Shown here piece by piece: positions 59,716 to 64,000 of a DNA stretch of 64,000 nt. Below the pieces are notes generated by a model that was not told the origin of the DNA, ran no database searches, and saw only the letters and a program-made list of their open reading frames with translations. This stretch comes from Callorhinchus milii. Taxonomy: Eukaryota. A program made the position numbers and the translations under genes. Position 1 is the first letter of the stretch, and each line of letters starts with the position of its first letter. The stretch is taken from assembly GCF_018977255.1 (NCBI RefSeq), contig NW_024704742.1, positions 126,420,001 through 126,484,000 of the forward strand. Reading direction: 5' to 3'.

Positions 59716-61654
59716 GACACACATTATGATTCCTTACGTAACACAACTTGCCAACTTGCTGTGTTTACAGCCTATATTAGTGGCGTTCAATTTCTCACAA
59801 GGGAAACAAATTACTACATAGAATAATAGAACATGTAATAAATAGCAGAAAATTAGCAATGTTATAATGGAGAATAAGATGAACCTAGCCAAACCACAAG
59901 GCACCCCCATTGGTATCACATAGCAACACTATTGGGATTCCTTAATAAAGAATCTATGTTACACGAATGGAGATCAGAAGTACACAACAACGATCCGTGC
60001 AAATTTTACTCCAACACAGCCTACTTCCAGCAGGAATTCTAAACTGCAAGGAATCCCAAGGAATACTACAGGTTAGACTTTATTATCCCTGATTCTCAGC
60101 TTCACACCCTACATTGAATATGTTTCAGGAAAACCATTGTTAACCATCACTTATGCTACACAGTATGTAGATTGGTCTGGTAAGTCTGGAAATTTTCTGA
60201 TCTTGTCTCTTCAACAAAATGATTTGGAGAATACCATCGTTGAAGTTAAATCAGTTTGGCCTATAGGCAGTAAAACACTAGTCTGGATTCATCAAGTCAA
60301 TCTTCAAACACTTCTATATTCACATTTTCAAACTGCTATATAAGCTATGATATATATATACAATGCTGGGATTTACAGAATTGCTGCCTAAAGCTTTGAT
60401 ATAACACATTCATGTCAGTTCATGTGTTTGTTAACGATTGAAGTATGATATACAGTGCTTCCCTCCTCTAATATGGTAATCAGGCTGTCTTGGGCCATAT
60501 TGATAATGCATCAAGTAGCACCGAAGATACAAAGATTTTCTGCAGCTGAACAAAAAAAGTGAACTCACTGATAAACATGAGGCGTCCTTTTTCGAGGCCT
60601 TTCTAAGAATTGACAGAACACATTGGACATGTGGCTGGCAGATTTGAGTGTCAGCCACAACTAGGCTCTGAGCCAAACAGCTGCAGCAGAAGGAAGAAAG
60701 TATCTTAACCACTACACTACCAGACCACAACACTGTTATTTATGTTATTAAAGTTCACTTCTATCTTTCTTCCCCCCCACCCCACCATCATTTTAATTGT
60801 CGTAATCCCTACCCATCAGGCCAATAGGATTCTTTAAGACAATAGCATATATAACATGGAAATAAACAGTCCAGTACCAATAAGATAAATTAATCATTTA
60901 TATTAACCAGAAAACAAATGTCAATCTTAAGTGAATTTTATTCAGCATAACAATGGATTTAAAAGAACAGGACGCTGAGTCTTTGTTTATTATTTTTATG
61001 AAAAATGTAAACATCAACAACAACTTTTATCTTTATAGCGCCCCTCACACATAATAGCGTGGCAGAGCGATTAAACACTAAACGCTAAACAGAATGTTGG
61101 GAGATTGTGTCACTGGACAATTCATGCATATTTAAGACTGCTACCTAAACAAAAAATCTAACCCTTTGACTGCCCTTTCGGTCATCTTTCCCCTCCCCTC
61201 CCCTCCCTCTGGCTCCCACTGCTAATTTGGGTGCCCAGCCAGCATTGTCAAGCTTTGAGATTTCCTCCTGAGGTGAAGGGGTTATATAAGCATCAATTAT
61301 ATTGCATTGTAATGTTTTTACCACTTATACCCTCAGAAACCAGAGTTAAATTATTCAGAAAAAAAGCTTGCAAAAGCTTTGTTAGAGACATTAATGAAGA
61401 AATCTTTAGGCACCGCCCAGCTGAGAAGGGAAACTGTATTTCACAGGGTGAATATTTACTCCAGATCAGAAATGGAACCAGTAGGTTTATCAAAGGGGAA
61501 GACATGGAAACATCATCACAACAACTGCAGAAGCGAACAATGCAAAGAACTTTTCAGCCTAAAGTTAAGGGGATATAGCAGGCACTGGCAGGTATATTGT
61601 AGTGAAGGCATATTTTGGGCAAATTCTTTACTATTATTTTTACCTGGAATACAA

Positions 61655-61830
61655 TAGATTCATAGAATGTTACAGGACAGAAATGGGCCATTTGACCCAA
61701 TAAGCCTGTGCTTGTGTTTCGCTCCATGTGAGCCATCAAACATAATCCCATTTGCCTGCTCCCTACCCAAAGCTTTTAGTAATTATCTTGTTGGAAAATC
61801 TATCTACCTATCTCCCTTCTAGAAAAAATT
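61655..61830 (-). mobile_element. CR1 3' terminal fragment
   Basis: gattcatagaatgttacaggacagaaatgggccatttgaccc. Other short CR1 ends lie near 4275-4400, 20180-20300, 41140-41350, 54030-54122 and 62575-62660. Confidence 0.7.
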
Positions 61831-62119
61831 AAGGACTCTGGAGTTAGGTTTCTTTGCTGTTAGAAATTTTATCCATGATTTACGTGTCCTCTACACAAAA
61901 TGTCATTGATTTGGTGGATAGCAATTGTCGTCATAAATGAATACTCTTTAATATTATAGTGCAGAAAACTGATGTTAAGTGGGTTTTACCTGACTACAAA
62001 CTTAACTTGTGGTATTTTACTTAGCATTATGGAAATTATCTTGTCTGTGACCTTTTATCTTATCAAAGCTTAGTCTTATCTCAACTGTTAGGTCAGTTAG
62101 GATTTTACTAGAACATTAA

Positions 62120-62355
62120 GTAACGCAGAAACTAAGCAATAAAAACAGAAGTCGCTGGGAACACTCAGCAGGTCAGGCAACATCTATGGAGAAAGGAAAG
62201 TGAGTCAACGTTTCAGGTCCACGACCCTTCATCAGAACTGGGGCATATTGGGAGGGAGAGGCTTTTAAGGACTAACAGAGAAGGGGGGAAGCAGGACAAG
62301 GAAGACAAAGGAAAAAATGGGGTAGAGGACAGGGGATGATGGGTTAAAGATGGGT
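62120..62355 (-). mobile_element. Penelope-like retroelement terminal fragment
   Basis: aaaacagaagtcgctgggaacactcagcaggtcaggcaacatctatggaga..aacgtttcaggtc..gacccttcatcagaactgg, recognised as a chondrichthyan Penelope-type terminal repeat; contains a hammerhead core. Confidence 0.75.
62203..62239 (-). ncRNA. Minimal type I hammerhead ribozyme motif
   Basis: Minus strand: AGUU-CUGAUGA-A-GGGUC-GUG-GACCU-GAAA-CGUU-GACU. Both catalytic boxes, stem II, 4-bp stem I and a palindromic AACGUU stem III are present. Confidence 0.7.
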
Positions 62356-62694
62356 CTCTCGCTGGTCTGCCTGTTTTATTGCAATTCCCCCCTTTGTTTT
62401 GCATTATTAACACCTCTTTTCCCCTGTTTTGTTGCAATACCCTCTTTGTTTTGTATCATTAACACTGCTTTAATCCATTTGGATTAAGGCTTTTGCTTTA
62501 TGGCACAACTTTTAGGTACGACATTGCAAGCTGCTCATTTGCTGCATTGGTAAATTTTATACAAAGGAAGTACAGTAGAATCACATAGAATGTTCACGGT
62601 ACAGAATGGAGCCATTCAGCCCATGTTTCTATGCTGGGTCTAGCTCCCTTACAGGAGTTTTCTGCTCTAATACAAGCTAACAATTCTTAAAATT

Positions 62695-63280
62695 ACAATA
62701 CAATACAAAATTACATTTGTAAAGCGACTTTCACATCGGGATGACTTCCCAAGATCTCCACAGTCAGGAATTGGGACCCGAGCGGTGGGGTGGGGGGAAC
62801 AGGGAGGGTGGAGGGCAGCGAGGGTAGGAGGGTGGTCAAAAGCGAGGTCGAATAGGAGGGTCTTGAGATGTACCTTGAAGGAGGCAAGGGAGGGAGCGAG
62901 GTGAAGGGAATGTGGAATGGAGTTCCAAAGGGTGGGAGCAGAAAGGCTGAAGGCCTGACTGCCAATGGTGGGGCGGGCCGGGCTGGGGATTTGGAGCAGG
63001 CCAGAGCCTGCTGAGCAGAGGGAATGGAGAGGTTGATATGGGGTTAACAGGTTACAGAGATAGAAAGGGGCAAGGCCGTGGAGAGCCTTGAAGGCGAGGA
63101 TGAGGATTTTGAACACTATCCACTGGGGATTGGGGAGCCAGTGGAGCCGAGAGAGGGTGAAGCAGTCACAGAGCCTGGTGGGGGAAAGGACATGAGCTGT
63201 AGAGCTCTGGATGATCTGCAGCTTGTGGAGGGAAGAGTTGGGAAAGGCCGACAAGCAGAGAGTTGGCGTAGTCGAGCCTA
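62695..63280 (-). mobile_element. L2-clade LINE 3' fragment with an open ORF2 C-terminal frame
   Basis: KLQIIQSSTAHVL..RLHWLPNPQWIVFKILILAFKALHGLAPFYL..AFSLSAPTLWNSIP..FKVHLKTLLF; (ATTGT)n tail. Confidence 0.92.
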
Positions 63281-63375
63281 AGTTAATTCTGTTTCTGGGA
63301 CTGTCCGTGCTGGCACAAATAACTGATGTTTTTGCTTACAAAAGAACATCACTACACTTGAGAGTAAATACCATG

Positions 63376-64000
63376 AACAACAACAACAACAAAAAATTGT
63401 ATTTATAGAGCGCCTTTCACGTCGGGAGGACATCCCAAAGCACTGAACAGTCAGCTGTCGGGGCTCAAGCATGGGGGAGGGGTGGTGTAGGGGTGAGGGA
63501 AGGCATAGAGGTGGGAGGGAGACCAAAGGCATGATCGAAGAGAAGGGTCTTGAGACCGGCCTTGAAGGAGGCAAGGGAGGAAGCGAGGCGAAGGGACCAT
63601 GGGATGGAGTTCCAGCGTGTGGGGGCAGAGAGGCTGAAAGCCCGGCCACGGATAGTAGGGCGGGTCGAGCTGGAGACATGGAGTAGCCCGGAGCCTGATG
63701 AACGGAGGGAGCAGGCAGGTTGTTTAAGGAGTCAGCAGGTCAGAGATGTAGGAGGGGGCAAGGCCATGGTTGGCCTTAAAGATGAGGATGAGGATCTTGA
63801 ACTTGATCCTCTTGGGGATGGGGAGCCAGTGGAGTCGGGCGAGGTTGGGAGTGATGGGGTCACAGAGCCTGATGCGTGAGAGTACATGAGCTGCAGACTT
63901 TGGGATGATCTGCAGTTTGTGAAGGGAAGCGTTTGGAAAGGCCGATGAGGAGGGAGTTCACGTAATCAAGTCTTGAGGGACGAATTCATGGGTGAGGGTT
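63376..64000 (-). mobile_element. L2-clade LINE 3' end, continuing beyond the window
   Basis: (CAA)n tail with atttatagagcgcctttcacgtcgggagga; reverse complement encodes LHWLPIPKRIKFKILILIFKANHGLAPSY. Confidence 0.92.

Noticed and set aside
62667..63254. 195-aa ORF as a host gene
   Set aside because: It is the C-terminus of L2 ORF2 in a 5'-truncated copy with no RT core.

Overview
Vertebrate genomic DNA, most likely a cartilaginous fish and probably a holocephalan (chimaera or elephant shark), judging from the SINE, CR1, L2 and Penelope repeat complement. The window holds one complete protein-coding gene, FGF10, on the + strand. Its three coding exons (8890-9178, 54729-54832, 56578-56796) have canonical GT-AG introns of 45,550 and 1,745 bp and encode a 203-aa protein. 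The rest is non-coding and rich in 5'-truncated L2 and CR1 LINE 3' ends, two tRNA-headed SINE families sharing an L2-type tail (one carrying the Deu domain), small DNA-transposon MITEs and microsatellites. The most interesting observations are: (1) five upstream AUGs just before the FGF10 start, including a strong-Kozak 38-codon uORF with a hydrophobic C-terminus and an overlapping uORF, both seemingly matching the mammalian leader as I remember it; (2) a minimal hammerhead ribozyme motif in a Penelope-like element end downstream of the gene; (3) fold-back hairpins built from SINE parts inside intron 1; (4) inverted SINEs bracketing exon 2; (5) an unclassified retroposon-like family present four times. 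Repeat boundaries are approximate and family names come from motif recognition, not from a database search. Almost all ORFs in the supplied track are spurious or LINE remnants.
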